DNA from: an uncultured Chloroflexia bacterium
GTDB taxonomy: Bacteria > Chloroflexota > Limnocylindria > Limnocylindrales > CSP1-4
DNA length: 64,000 nucleotides
Direction of reading: 5' to 3'
NCBI GenBank assembly: GCA_963768655.1
Contig: CAVYIM010000004.1
Coordinates: forward strand, 320,001-384,000
In this document: positions 30,960 to 41,216 of the stretch, piece after piece
Layout: the number at the start of each line of letters is the position of its first letter
Numbering within the stretch: position 1 is the stretch's first letter
The notes under the pieces: model-generated
What the model was told of the DNA's origin: nothing
Databases searched by the model: none
Seen by the model: only the letters and a program-made list of their open reading frames with translations
Program-made: the position numbers and the translations under genes

Positions 30960-32421
30960 CTACGGTGCACCCACTGGCGCACCTGCCGGTGTTAGGGCGA
31001 CCACCGTCGATTTCAGCGCCGTCACCCGTGACGTAGACGGTCCCATCTGACCCGACGGCGAGGTTGAGAGACGTGTAGCTGCCGGACAGTTGGTATGGCC
31101 ATCCCGGCCGTGGCGTGCCGTCCGGTCCATAGGCGGAGACCATCGTGCCGGTGACTACATACACCGTCCCGTCCGGCGCGATAGTCGGTTCTCCCCGTGT
31201 GTCGATGAGGTTCTTAGGCCACGTGGACAATGGAAGCCCATCGGACCCAAGTGCGATCGTCGGTCCGGGCACCTCCGTATTGCCATGTGTCACCGACTCC
31301 GTTACGTAGACAACGCCCGTCGGTCCGATGACCGGCGCGTACCAGTACGTGCCTTTGGCGACTGAGAATGGGTGCCAATTGGACATCAGTGCCCCCGTCG
31401 GGTCAAGAGCGACCAACTCGTCTAGGGCCGTGGACCCGCCGAAAGTTTCTACGTAGGTCGTTCCGTCCGGGGCTACGACGAAGGAGCCCGCCTGGACCCC
31501 TGGCAGGGTCAAGGATGACCAGTTCGGCTTGGCGGTTCCATCGGGCTCATAGGCGGCGATCGTCCTCCCAGCCGCGACGTACAGGGCCCCATCAGGGGCG
31601 AGAGTTGGGCTCTGGAGGTCTGTACGCGCCGGCGGCCACCCGGGTCTGGGCTTGGCATCGGGACCATAGGCATATACACGGTTCAGCATCGACGATGTCG
31701 TGATCGTGCTCGTTCCGACGTACACCGTCCCGTCCGAACTGAGAACGAAGTTCTGGCCCGGTTGTCCCTGAAGGTGGGTGGGCCACCCGGCCATCGCCTT
31801 GCCCGACGAGTCGACAGCATAGATGTAGTTGTCGGCCTGAGTCGTTCCCTCGAAATAGGCAGTGCTGTCAGCGGCAAACTTGACCTGCCAAGGCATCGAA
31901 CTCAGAGGTACCGGCCACCCGGGCATCGCTTTCCCATCGGTCCCCAAGGCGACCAAGTGCCCGGGCGAGTCGTTGCTCAGGCCACCAGAGACCACGTATA
32001 CCGTTCCGTTCGGTGCGAGGTCGATCCCCCAGATCAACTTGTCGCCGGTCTGATAAGGCCACCCGGGTTTGACCTGCCCACTGGGGTCCAAGGCCACGAG
32101 CACGGCGTTGTCCGTCGTGGCGCCCACCGACATATAGACAGTGCCGTCCGGCGCCACGGTAACCTGGCCAATCGGAGCCTTGGCCGTATAGGCCTGCCAG
32201 GTGGGCCGCGGGGTCGGCGTCGGCATGGGGGTTGACGTAGCGGTTGCTGCGGCCACCGACGCTGCGGGCGTGCCCGAGGGCTGGCCACCGACCTGGGTGG
32301 CGAAACTCGCCGACGGCGTGGCCGTGCTGCTGCAGGACGCCACGCTGACCCCCGCGATCAACACAAGTACAAATGGGCACCAATGGCTCAAGGCATGCAC
32401 CGCGTACGACCGATCGGCCAT
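30960..32421 (-). CDS. Beta-propeller lipoprotein with GWP repeats; frameshift near the C-terminus
   Basis: VASC lipobox; repeated APDGTVYV...ALxxxG..xPGWP; likely true end KSTVVALTPAGAPVGAP stop lies in a shifted frame. Confidence 0.75.
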
Positions 32422-32710
32422 GATTGAGTTCCTCCCCGCGATCTTCTAGTGTTGCGCAGCGCTGCTGTTCTTGGATCATCTTAGCGAGCACCGTGCTCCT
32501 GATCTACCGAAAGCCGACCCTCCCGACCCAGCGTCAGCGGCATGTAATTGCGGCGCTCCGACACACTGCGGCCAGTGAGGAAGAAGCGAGAAATGAGCAG
32601 GGCGGTTCAGGTATCGCCAGACGCGCGAGATCAGGCGCGATCGGTTCATGCAATTCGAGGCCCGTCCCTTCATGAGCGCCTCTGGAGGCCAGCCCGGAAT
32701 GGCCACTGAC

Positions 32711-33160
32711 ATGGGGCAATACTGCGGCACGGTCCACATCCTCCGCCAAGGCGGATGGTCTGAGTTTCGATCCGTGGACATTGAGGCGGATCGCCGCGCG
32801 CTGATCCAGAATGGCATCGAGGTTTGGCCCGAGCTGGAGGCTTTCCTGCGTGAGTTCTCCGGGCTGACTCTGCGTTACGAACGCAACGGGCGCCCAGACT
32901 CGACGTGGTTCGGCAGCGCGCGTGCACTGCGCGAAGCGGCCCATCCTGCGTGGGCGCTGAGGTACGGCGAAGGACTTGGCGTGAGATTCGCGCCGATCGG
33001 CTGCTCGAACCTGGAGTACCTGACCCTCCATCTCGCCGACGACGGGAGGTTCTTCGGCGGACTTGATCCGTCGCTTAGCTACCTAGGGTCATCTCCACTC
33101 GAGATGCTGAATGGCCTGATCCACGGAATCAACACTCCTGTCGATTGGCGCCCTGCCTAG
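32711..33160 (+). CDS. SUKH-3-like immunity protein
   Basis: L..GW...R.VD, FLREFSGL, PIG and L.L...G..F motifs. Confidence 0.75.
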   Translation: MGQYCGTVHILRQGGWSEFRSVDIEADRRALIQNGIEVWPELEAFLREFSGLTLRYERNGRPDSTWFGSARALREAAHPAWALRYGEGLGVRFAPIGCSNLEYLTLHLADDGRFFGGLDPSLSYLGSSPLEMLNGLIHGINTPVDWRPA

Positions 33161-33591
33161 CTGTCGACCACGAAGGTTGGTGACACACGAGGAGTGCCTC
33201 CCGCCCCGCGTTTGCGTTGTCACCGCCGGATGCCCGCCTCGTGACTTGGGATTGGAGTACGGGAAATGTGGGATGTCATCGACTGGATCGGCGTGCTTGG
33301 CACCCTTGGCGCATTGGCATGATCTTGGTGGATGGCGGGACGGACTGTCCTTGAGTCAGCGGCAGGCTCGACAAACAGGAGAGAATGCGAGCTTGGCTAG
33401 TGCTCGCCCGAGGATCCGGTCTCGCCTTGGCCGCCATTCTGCTGGTGTTGCTCGTCCCGCACCTCGCCACCGGGACACCGTGAGCCGCGGGCCAACGTGA
33501 TGAGGAAGCCTCAAGGTATCCCGCAAGGCATCCAGCGAGGCGCGCAAGAGTTCTGCCAGGTGACTGGTCTCTGCTAGAAAGGAGGACTGGA

Positions 33592-34320
33592 GTGTCACGC
33601 CTGAATACACGCCTGGATTGCCTTCGCTATTGGTGCGGGCTTCCCTTCAACTTGCCCAAGCTCTCGCGTGAAACCCAGACTACCCGCCGCATCATCAGGT
33701 ACACATTCCTAGTCGCCTTCGTAGTGGCGTTCGTCGCCGAGGGAATCGTGGCCGCGATCGTGATGGCGGTTGCCGGGTCGGCCATCCTGGGGCTGGTCTC
33801 GTACTGGAGGTCATGGGCGATCTGGGACCTGCTCGTTTGGGACCGCGACCGATGGTCAGATGGCTCCGGTCCGCATCCGGCTGAGGGCCCAAACCGCGAG
33901 GCAGCGATGGAGACGAGGGCGGCGATTCTGGCGCGAAGTCCGGATCAGATCAGAACCGCCGTAGCCAGAGTGGTCGACCCGACTCCGTGGAGAACCGTGT
34001 TCGATCAGTATGCCCTGGCTCTGGCTGAGGTCATGGAGAACAGACCGGCGAACCTTAAGGGGCTGGAAGTCGCGGCTGCACGGCTGCAGACCGATGTCGA
34101 ACGCGAGAAAGCTGCCGTCATGGGCGCATTGGTCCGAGCCAGCGAGGCCGATATTGCGAGCGGTGATTGGCGGGCTCCGCTGTTGCAGTGCCGCCGAGAG
34201 TTGCGTCCGCCACTCTCGCCGTTCCGGTGGCTATGGCCCTGCCGGCTCAATCTATATGTCGACGCCTTCTTGCTTGGCCTTGGGCTGGTGCTGATGGTCA
34301 TCTACTCGACAGTCCGGTGA
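33592..34320 (+). CDS. Membrane protein, distant paralog of 17742..18470
   Basis: AAAGGAGG RBS; same length and topology; L.VW, L.GL and GDW...L shared. Confidence 0.65.
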   Translation: MSRLNTRLDCLRYWCGLPFNLPKLSRETQTTRRIIRYTFLVAFVVAFVAEGIVAAIVMAVAGSAILGLVSYWRSWAIWDLLVWDRDRWSDGSGPHPAEGPNREAAMETRAAILARSPDQIRTAVARVVDPTPWRTVFDQYALALAEVMENRPANLKGLEVAAARLQTDVEREKAAVMGALVRASEADIASGDWRAPLLQCRRELRPPLSPFRWLWPCRLNLYVDAFLLGLGLVLMVIYSTVR

Positions 34321-34377
34321 GCCCGAGTTAGGAACGGTGGACGGCTTCGGCGGCGTGAACGCCGCGGCTTGAGTCGT

Positions 34378-35415
34378 ATGATCGTCGCGATGACCCGTCC
34401 CCTGTTCGGCCGCCTGACGCGCGACGCGGAGGCGGCCTTGCTGTTCGAGAGCTTCTTCGTCGCGGCCGTCGCCTCGTTCCTCGGGATCCGCTGGTTCCTG
34501 GCCTCCACCGGCTACCCGCGGGTCGGGTCCAACGGGATCCACATCGCCCACATGCTGTGGGGCGGCCTTCTCATGCTCCTGGCGCTCATGCTCCTGTTCG
34601 CTTTCCTCGACCGTTCCGTCCAGCATCTGGCGGCGGTGATCGCCGGACTGGGGTTCGGCACGTTCATCGACGAGATCGGGAAGTTCGTGACCTCGGACAA
34701 CGACTACTTCTACCGACCCGCGATCGCCCTGATCTACTGCCTGTTCGTGATCGCGTTTCTCGTGGCCCGGACCCTCGTCGGCCGGCGTCGGCTCAGCGAG
34801 ACCGAGGCGCTTGCGAACGCCCTCGACCTCCTGGAGGGGACGCCGGACGGGCCGATCGAACCGGACGATCGAACGCGGATCGAGCGACTCCTCGAGCTTG
34901 CCAATCCAAAGGCACCGCTGGCCGTCTTCGCGAAGCGCTACGTCGCCGATCTCCCTCCTGCGGCGGAGCGTACGAGCTTCCTCGGGACCGTCGGCCGGCG
35001 ACTCGCCGCCGGCTATGAGGCGCTGATGGCGAGTCCGTGGGCGGAGCGTGTCCTCAGCGTCGGGGTGGTCGCCTATGCAGTGGTGGCGGTCGTGGCCGTC
35101 GCTCTCGTCGCCATCGAGACTCCCGCCGGTGGCGCGGCCGAGACCTCGACCGTCGCGACGATCGCGCAGGTCGCCTCGACGGTCACGGGTGCGGCGCTCG
35201 TCGGCCGGGGCGTCCTGAGCCTCCGCACCTCCAGGACTGCCGCGTATCGCTGGTTCATGCGCGGCCTCCTGGTGTGGATCCTCGTCACGCAGGTGTTCGT
35301 CTTCTACAGCTCCCAGCTTGCCGGCCTCGGCGGGCTTCTCGTCGATCTCGTCGCCTACGGCAGCCTGAGGTTCGCCGTCACGCGCGAGGATCTTCGCCGC
35401 ACGACGCCCATCTGA
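34378..35415 (+). CDS. Hypothetical integral membrane protein
   Basis: IHIAHMLWGG and GTFIDEIGKFVT.DNDYFY.P motifs; many TMs; GC-rich codons. Confidence 0.8.
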   Translation: MIVAMTRPLFGRLTRDAEAALLFESFFVAAVASFLGIRWFLASTGYPRVGSNGIHIAHMLWGGLLMLLALMLLFAFLDRSVQHLAAVIAGLGFGTFIDEIGKFVTSDNDYFYRPAIALIYCLFVIAFLVARTLVGRRRLSETEALANALDLLEGTPDGPIEPDDRTRIERLLELANPKAPLAVFAKRYVADLPPAAERTSFLGTVGRRLAAGYEALMASPWAERVLSVGVVAYAVVAVVAVALVAIETPAGGAAETSTVATIAQVASTVTGAALVGRGVLSLRTSRTAAYRWFMRGLLVWILVTQVFVFYSSQLAGLGGLLVDLVAYGSLRFAVTREDLRRTTPI

Positions 35416-35791
35416 GGCGGCCTCCGGCGAGGCGTGACGCGGGTGGCTGACGGCCTCGGTGACGGCCCGGCGGCCGCCTTCGGAGGGCAGCGCCACGCGG
35501 CCGGCCGACCGCCTCGATGCAGCTTCCTCGATTCTCGAGCCGATCTCTCGCGTCGCGACTCGGAGCGTGCTAGATGCTCGACTGACCCGGACGCCGCTCC
35601 GGCACAGAAGCGGTACGAGGCGGAGCCGACGATTGGCCATGGCTTCGTTGCGCGCAGCGATAAACGGTGTTGCCCGGGGGTGGGCCACGGTCTAGCATGG
35701 GCCGGTCCGGGCGCGTCTGGATCCGCCGACATCGCGGTTGCGCCCGAACGAGTTGAGCAGCAGCAACCCGGGTCCACATTGGGGGAAGCTG

Positions 35792-38700
35792 ATGGCCCTT
35801 GTGGTCGCGCCGCCCGGCTCCCCGACTCAAGCCATCGAATCGGGCGGAACCGATCTCGCGCGAGTCAGGCCCCGAAAGCCGCCGGCGGGCGCCCAATTCG
35901 TGCGCTCCAAGGTGCGTGTGCCGCGCGGCGCTTCGATGTCGCGCGAGCGGCTCGAGCGTCTGGTGGAGGAAACAAGGCGGCACCGTCTGACCATCGTCGT
36001 GGCCCCGGCAGGCTCAGGCAAGACGACGCTGATGTCCCGCTGGGCCGGCGCGGCCGAGGCGGCCGGCACTCCGGTCGGTTGGTATCGGGCCGAAAGCACC
36101 GACTCCACGGCGCCGGCTTTCCTGGGCTACATCCAGCTGGCCGTCGGCGAGGCGCTCAGGCGGACCGCCGAACGGGAAGCTCGGCCTCAGGTCGAGGCCA
36201 GGCCGTGGCGTTCCGTCGAGGAGGCGACCGAGTGGCTGGACGCCGACTGCCGCGAGGGGCTGCTGATCGTGATCGACGACCTGCACGCGCTCGCCGGCAC
36301 GGAAGCCGAGGCCACTCTGGCCCAATTCGTCGAGCTGGCCGGCCCCGGCGTCTGCATCGTGGTCGGCACGAGGAGCCTGCCTTCGTTCGACCTCTCCCGC
36401 GCGCGACTTTCCGGCGACCTTCTGGAGGTCACCGGAGACGATCTGCGGTTCAGATCGTGGGAAGTGGAACGGCTCTTTCGCGAGTATTACGGCGAGGTGC
36501 TTCGGGGCGACGAGCTCGGGCGACTGGCGAGGCGCACGGAGGGATGGGCGGCCGGGCTGCAGTTCTTCCATCTGGCCACGCGCGGCAAGTCGCCGGCGGA
36601 GAGGACGCGGCTGCTGCAGGCACTCGGCGGGAGCACCAGGCTGATTCGCGAGTACCTGGCGCGGAACGTTCTCGACGAGCTGCCCGAGGAGCTGCGGGCG
36701 TTCCTGGTCGACACGAGCCCGCTGCGGCGCCTGTCCGGACCGCTGTGCGACCTGTTTCTGGACCGGACGGGCAGCGCCGCGCTGCTCGAGGACCTGGAGC
36801 GGCGGCAGGTGTTCACCGTTTCCCTGGACGACGGCACCTATCGCTACCACGAGGTGTTGCAGGCCCACCTCGATCAGATTCTGACGGAAACGCGGGGTGA
36901 GACGGCTGCACGAGCCGGAGCCGCGCGCGCCGGGGAGTTGCTCGAAGAGCGCGGATTCGCGGCTGAGGCGCTCGCGGCCTACTGCCGGGCCGATCGCTGG
37001 GAGGCCGCGGCCCGACTGCTCGGGACGGGCGGCGAGTGGCTCAACAGCGACAGCTCGGCGGACTGGCTGGCCGAAGTCGCGCCGGCCGTGATCCGCAACG
37101 ATCCCTGGGTCCGCCTGGGCAGCGCCCGGCGCCTGCGAGCCGAAGGTCATTGGGCCAAGGCGCTGGGCGCCTTCGCCGAGTCGGAGGCGGCGTTCGGGGC
37201 CTCGGAGATGGCCGCCTCCTGCCGGGCCGAGCGCCAGACCCTGGCATCCTTCTTCGACCCGACGGCACGGCCGCCCCTGGACTGGGCGGGCACGCTGCGG
37301 TCGGCCCTCCGCCGCGACCCTCTGGGGAAACGGACGGCCGGCGCCGAGCATCCGGGTCGACCTGCACCCGAAACCGCGCCGGATCGGCTGGCGCGAGGAC
37401 TTGCCGCGCTGGCCGCGGGCTATGTCGTCGACGCCAGGGCCAAGCTGCTGGACGTGGCCCTGGATCCGGACGCCGATCCGGCGATCGCCGCCGCGGCCAC
37501 GATCGGCGCCGGCACGGCGGGCGCCCTGGCCGGCGACGCGGCGGCGCGGGCCGACATCGACAGGGGGGCGGCGATGGCCGAGCGAGCGGGGCAGGCATGG
37601 CTGGCCCGCCTGGGACGGGCGGCCGTGTCGCTGGCCGAACCGTCGAACGAGCGGCAGCTGGCGGAGATGCGAGCCCTTCGCGAAAAGGCGGCTCGAGAGG
37701 GTGATCGCTGGGGCGAGGTCCTCGAAGCCCTGGCGGAAGGATGGGTCCTCATTCGCCGCCGAGAATCGGCCATCGGCCCGCTCGAGACTGCCGCGGCCGG
37801 CGCGCGGCTCCTGAGCTCGGGGACGCTGGAGGCCTGGGCCAGGGGGCTCGGGGCTGCGGCGGCGGCGAGGGAAGGCTTGCCCGGGGCGCGCCAGTTGGCC
37901 CTCCAGGCCGAGAGCCAGGCCCGTGTGGCGGGCGTCGACGGCGCGAGGTATCCGATCTATGTGGCGCTGGCGACGTGCGACCCGGATCGATCCGCCGAGC
38001 ACCGCGCTCTGGCCGAATCCGTCGCCCGGGAGACCGGCCTCGCGGCCGCGTGGGACCAGCCGGTCGACCCGGCCGTCGCCGCCGATTCCGCTCACGGCCA
38101 CGAGGAGGGCCGGCCGGCGACGATGGTTGCGCCGGCCGACGAGATCGCGCCGGACTGCGATGAGCGGCATTCATCCGCGGCGGTTCCGATGCGGGTAAGG
38201 CTCCTGGGCGGATTCGAGATGCAGATCGCCGGTCGCCCGGTAGACATGGCCGCCATCAAGCCGAGACCGCGTGCGGTCCTGCGCCTCCTGGCCCTGAACG
38301 CCGGACGGCCCGTCCACCGCGAGGTCCTGGCCACCACCTTCTGGCCCGACGCGGATCCGGTGACCTCCGCCCGCAACGTCCACGTCGCTCTGTCCGGCCT
38401 GCGCAAACAGATCTGTCCCGTCGACGGGTCGGGCTGCGATGCGCTCGTCCGGGAAGGTGACGCGTATCGGCTCGTCGTGCCGCCGGGCGGCCACGTGGAT
38501 CTGCTGGATGCGGAGAAGGCGCTCAGCGATGCTCGGGCGGCCCACGGGCGAAAGGACCCTGCCGCCGAGGCGGCGGCGTATCGGTGCGCGATCGAGCTGG
38601 CCGGCGGCGAGCTACTCCCGGAGGACGGCCCCGCGGATTGGGTCGTCTACCGCCGAGAGGAGACCAGAACCGAGCTCTCCGGGGCGGCGTATGCGCTGGC

Positions 38701-38932
38701 GGGCATGACGCTGGCCGAGGATCCACATGGGGCCGCCGAAACGTGCGTAGCCGGTCTGCGCCTGGACCCGCACCACGACGGCCTGTGGCGGCTCCTCATC
38801 GCCGCTCGTGAGAGGGCAGGGGACCACGCTGCCGCGGCGTCGGCCCGCCAGGGATACGACCGAATGCTGGCCCAGCTGGGCCTCACGAAGGCCGGCGACG
38901 ACGGAGAGGGTTCGCGTACGGCGCCGGACTAG
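35792..38932 (+). CDS. MalT-like STAND NTPase regulator with C-terminal winged helix plus BTAD
   Basis: APAGSGKTT, IVIDDLH, TEGWAAGL, YRYHEV; C-terminal RLLGGF...VHRE.LA..FWPD. Confidence 0.85.
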   Translation: MALVVAPPGSPTQAIESGGTDLARVRPRKPPAGAQFVRSKVRVPRGASMSRERLERLVEETRRHRLTIVVAPAGSGKTTLMSRWAGAAEAAGTPVGWYRAESTDSTAPAFLGYIQLAVGEALRRTAEREARPQVEARPWRSVEEATEWLDADCREGLLIVIDDLHALAGTEAEATLAQFVELAGPGVCIVVGTRSLPSFDLSRARLSGDLLEVTGDDLRFRSWEVERLFREYYGEVLRGDELGRLARRTEGWAAGLQFFHLATRGKSPAERTRLLQALGGSTRLIREYLARNVLDELPEELRAFLVDTSPLRRLSGPLCDLFLDRTGSAALLEDLERRQVFTVSLDDGTYRYHEVLQAHLDQILTETRGETAARAGAARAGELLEERGFAAEALAAYCRADRWEAAARLLGTGGEWLNSDSSADWLAEVAPAVIRNDPWVRLGSARRLRAEGHWAKALGAFAESEAAFGASEMAASCRAERQTLASFFDPTARPPLDWAGTLRSALRRDPLGKRTAGAEHPGRPAPETAPDRLARGLAALAAGYVVDARAKLLDVALDPDADPAIAAAATIGAGTAGALAGDAAARADIDRGAAMAERAGQAWLARLGRAAVSLAEPSNERQLAEMRALREKAAREGDRWGEVLEALAEGWVLIRRRESAIGPLETAAAGARLLSSGTLEAWARGLGAAAAAREGLPGARQLALQAESQARVAGVDGARYPIYVALATCDPDRSAEHRALAESVARETGLAAAWDQPVDPAVAADSAHGHEEGRPATMVAPADEIAPDCDERHSSAAVPMRVRLLGGFEMQIAGRPVDMAAIKPRPRAVLRLLALNAGRPVHREVLATTFWPDADPVTSARNVHVALSGLRKQICPVDGSGCDALVREGDAYRLVVPPGGHVDLLDAEKALSDARAAHGRKDPAAEAAAYRCAIELAGGELLPEDGPADWVVYRREETRTELSGAAYALAGMTLAEDPHGAAETCVAGLRLDPHHDGLWRLLIAARERAGDHAAAASARQGYDRMLAQLGLTKAGDDGEGSRTAPD

Positions 38933-38985
38933 CCGGATGCCCGGCGCGGGACGGCAGCGCGCAAGCGCGGGCGGAACGACCTCGG

Positions 38986-39084
38986 GCGCCGGAGACCCGC
39001 GCCGCGAGACCCGCGCCCCGCCGCGCCGGAGACCCGCGCCGCGCAGCGCCGGAGACCGGCGCCGCGCCGGACACCCGCGCGCGC
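38986..39084. repeat. Intergenic tandem repeat, about five copies of gccggagacccgc
   Basis: Degenerate tandem units between convergent genes. Confidence 0.75.
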
Positions 39085-39099
39085 CGTCGTCACGGGCGC

Positions 39100-40662
39100 C
39101 TACTGGCGGGACCGGAACTGGACCTCCGTGATCGAGACGTTGTTGCCCCCGGTCGACTGATAGACGCTCAGAACCGTGATCGCCATCGAGGCCGCGCCTT
39201 TCGCAGCCACATCCAGCGTCTGGAAGTCCTTGCTGTCCTGCAGGTTGAACTGCCCGGTGAAGACGATGTTGCCGTTGGCGTCCTTGAAGTCCAGTCGGAT
39301 CGCGTGCGGTCGAGGCTGTGACTCGAAGTCCGACGGATCGCCCGACGTGATCAACACCTTGGCTATGTCGGCCGGCGGCGAGAAGCTCGCATGAATCGAG
39401 GGTTGGGTCGCATTCGCCGGCGCTGCCCAGTAGGTGTTGCTGAAGCCGTCGAAGGCCTTCGCAGCCCCATGTCCGGGGATGGATGGCCCGGTTGCCTGGC
39501 CGGCGATGTTGACAGGTACGTAGTTGGGAGCAACGTCCATCCGGATCTGGTTCGCGGCCCCCGTGACGGCGTTGTGGAACGATGGGACCAGCACGAACCC
39601 GGCGGCGCCCACGACCACCACGCCCACCAGGACCGCGGCCAGGATCTTCGCGAGCGAGCCGCCGCCCCCACCCGCGGCCTGGGCCGCTTGCCGCTGGACA
39701 CTGATGGGTCGCGCGCCGGCAGGCGTGGCCCCGGCCCGACGGGTGAAGAGCCTCCGCCACCACGGCACCGGGCGAGGGACGGGCGGCGCGGCCAGAGGGA
39801 TGCCGCAGCGGCGGCAGAAGCGGCGCGTGGCCTCGTTGGCGGTTCCGCAGCTGGCGCAGACGAGCTCGCCCGGCCGCGGCGCTTCCTCGACCGCGGCGAC
39901 CGGCGGCGGAGCCGCGCGGAGCTTGGTCATTCCGGGTTTGACGGCCTCCGGCTGGGAGATCGAGGCCGCATCGGGCTTCTGGGCGGGCGGCTGCGGGAGG
40001 CCGGGCCGGACGGCCGGCGGCTCGGACACGGGTGCTCGCGCCGCGGGCGATGGCACAGGCGGGGCGGACTTCGGCTGTGGCGCGGGCACGATCGGCGGCA
40101 GGACTGCCGGGGGCGAGACTGCTGCGGCGCCGACGGCAGGTGGGAGCTCGACCTTCGTGGCCGCGCTTGGGGGCACCGCGGCCGCCCGCGCGGGTGCGGG
40201 AGCCGGCGCGGGGGCGGGAGCCGGCGCGGGGGCGGGAGCCGGCGCCACGTCGCTCGCCGGGACAACCTCGTCGGTTGCGGGGACGGTCGCCCCTTCCGCC
40301 GGCTCCGTGGCCACGAAGTCGACCGCCGGAGCGACGCGCCTCGACGTGACGACGACCGGCGCGGGAGCAGCCGGCGCAGGCGCCCCCGAGGCCGCGGCGG
40401 CCGCAGCTCCGGCCCCGGTCGAGGTCGTGTCCGCTCCCGCGTCGGCGGCCTCGCCCTCGGGCCGGCCGTCGAGGCCGAGCATCCGGCGCGCGTGCACGAT
40501 GAGCCCGGCGCGCTCCGGTCCCGGCTCCGTCGCTTCGGGTTCGGGGGGTGGCGCGGCCGGCGGCTGGACCTTCTGCCCGGTCCATTCCAGGAAGCTGCCG
40601 CACGAGCCGCAGAAGCTGGCGTCGTCGGGGTTCTGCAAGCCACACTTGGTGCAGATGACCAC
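39100..40662 (-). CDS. CIS membrane adaptor-like protein: two zinc ribbons, Pro/Ala linker, one TM, discoidin-like C-terminal domain
   Basis: CTKC/CGSC and CASC/CRRC; TM helix; AFDG..NTYW and VSITEVQF; last gene of the operon. Confidence 0.75.
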   Translation of the reverse strand: MVICTKCGLQNPDDASFCGSCGSFLEWTGQKVQPPAAPPPEPEATEPGPERAGLIVHARRMLGLDGRPEGEAADAGADTTSTGAGAAAAAASGAPAPAAPAPVVVTSRRVAPAVDFVATEPAEGATVPATDEVVPASDVAPAPAPAPAPAPAPAPAPARAAAVPPSAATKVELPPAVGAAAVSPPAVLPPIVPAPQPKSAPPVPSPAARAPVSEPPAVRPGLPQPPAQKPDAASISQPEAVKPGMTKLRAAPPPVAAVEEAPRPGELVCASCGTANEATRRFCRRCGIPLAAPPVPRPVPWWRRLFTRRAGATPAGARPISVQRQAAQAAGGGGGSLAKILAAVLVGVVVVGAAGFVLVPSFHNAVTGAANQIRMDVAPNYVPVNIAGQATGPSIPGHGAAKAFDGFSNTYWAAPANATQPSIHASFSPPADIAKVLITSGDPSDFESQPRPHAIRLDFKDANGNIVFTGQFNLQDSKDFQTLDVAAKGAASMAITVLSVYQSTGGNNVSITEVQFRSRQ

Positions 40663-40673
40663 GCTATTCCCCC

Positions 40674-41216
40674 TTATGCTTCGACGATCTCCACGGCGTG
40701 TGGAATATGTGCAGGTTTAGCCGCCGCGACCAGCGCGTCAAGTCGAGCCGCCGAAACCTTCTTCGAGTCGTGCACCGTGACCCGCACCAACAGTGAGGGC
40801 GTGGCATCGCCCGGGATCGCCGCGCTCGGGGCTTTCGACCAGCCGGCCGCGCCGGACTCGATTATCTCCACCTGCCCGCCGGTGTAGATGGCGATCTGCG
40901 ACGCCAGGCCGCCGGCCGTCCCGCGAAGCCTGAAGAGGTCGACGGCCGACGCGACCATCATCCGGCGGCGTTCGAGAGGCCAGGTCTGGTCCAGCGTGAC
41001 CCCCACCCAGCCGCCCAGCCAGTCCAGGAAGTCCTCGGGCGCGTAGGCCGGATCCAGGTAGGCTTCGAAGCCGTCGAGAGAGGCGAAGATCGGGGCCAGC
41101 TCCGAGTCCATCGCCGACACCAGCCGCTGGGCCAGGTCATCGTCCTGGTACAGGGCGGGCAGCGTCTGGCCGATCGGGTGAGGGGTAACGAGACCGGGGA
41201 CCAGGCCGCGCATCAC
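40674..41216 (-). CDS. CIS baseplate wedge, P2 gpI-like tail protein
   Basis: LPALYQ, YLDP..AP.DFLDWL..WVG, RGT..GL. Confidence 0.85.
   Translation of the reverse strand: MMRGLVPGLVTPHPIGQTLPALYQDDDLAQRLVSAMDSELAPIFASLDGFEAYLDPAYAPEDFLDWLGGWVGVTLDQTWPLERRRMMVASAVDLFRLRGTAGGLASQIAIYTGGQVEIIESGAAGWSKAPSAAIPGDATPSLLVRVTVHDSKKVSAARLDALVAAAKPAHIPHAVEIVEA

Noticed and set aside
17700-34320. Integron cassette array
   Set aside because: No integrase and no recurring RYYYAAC/GTTRRRY attC pairs seen by eye; IntegronFinder would settle it
35671-35686. TGCCC...GGGCC upstream of the STAND regulator as another operator
   Set aside because: Spacer is 6 bp rather than 4 and the site is not paired
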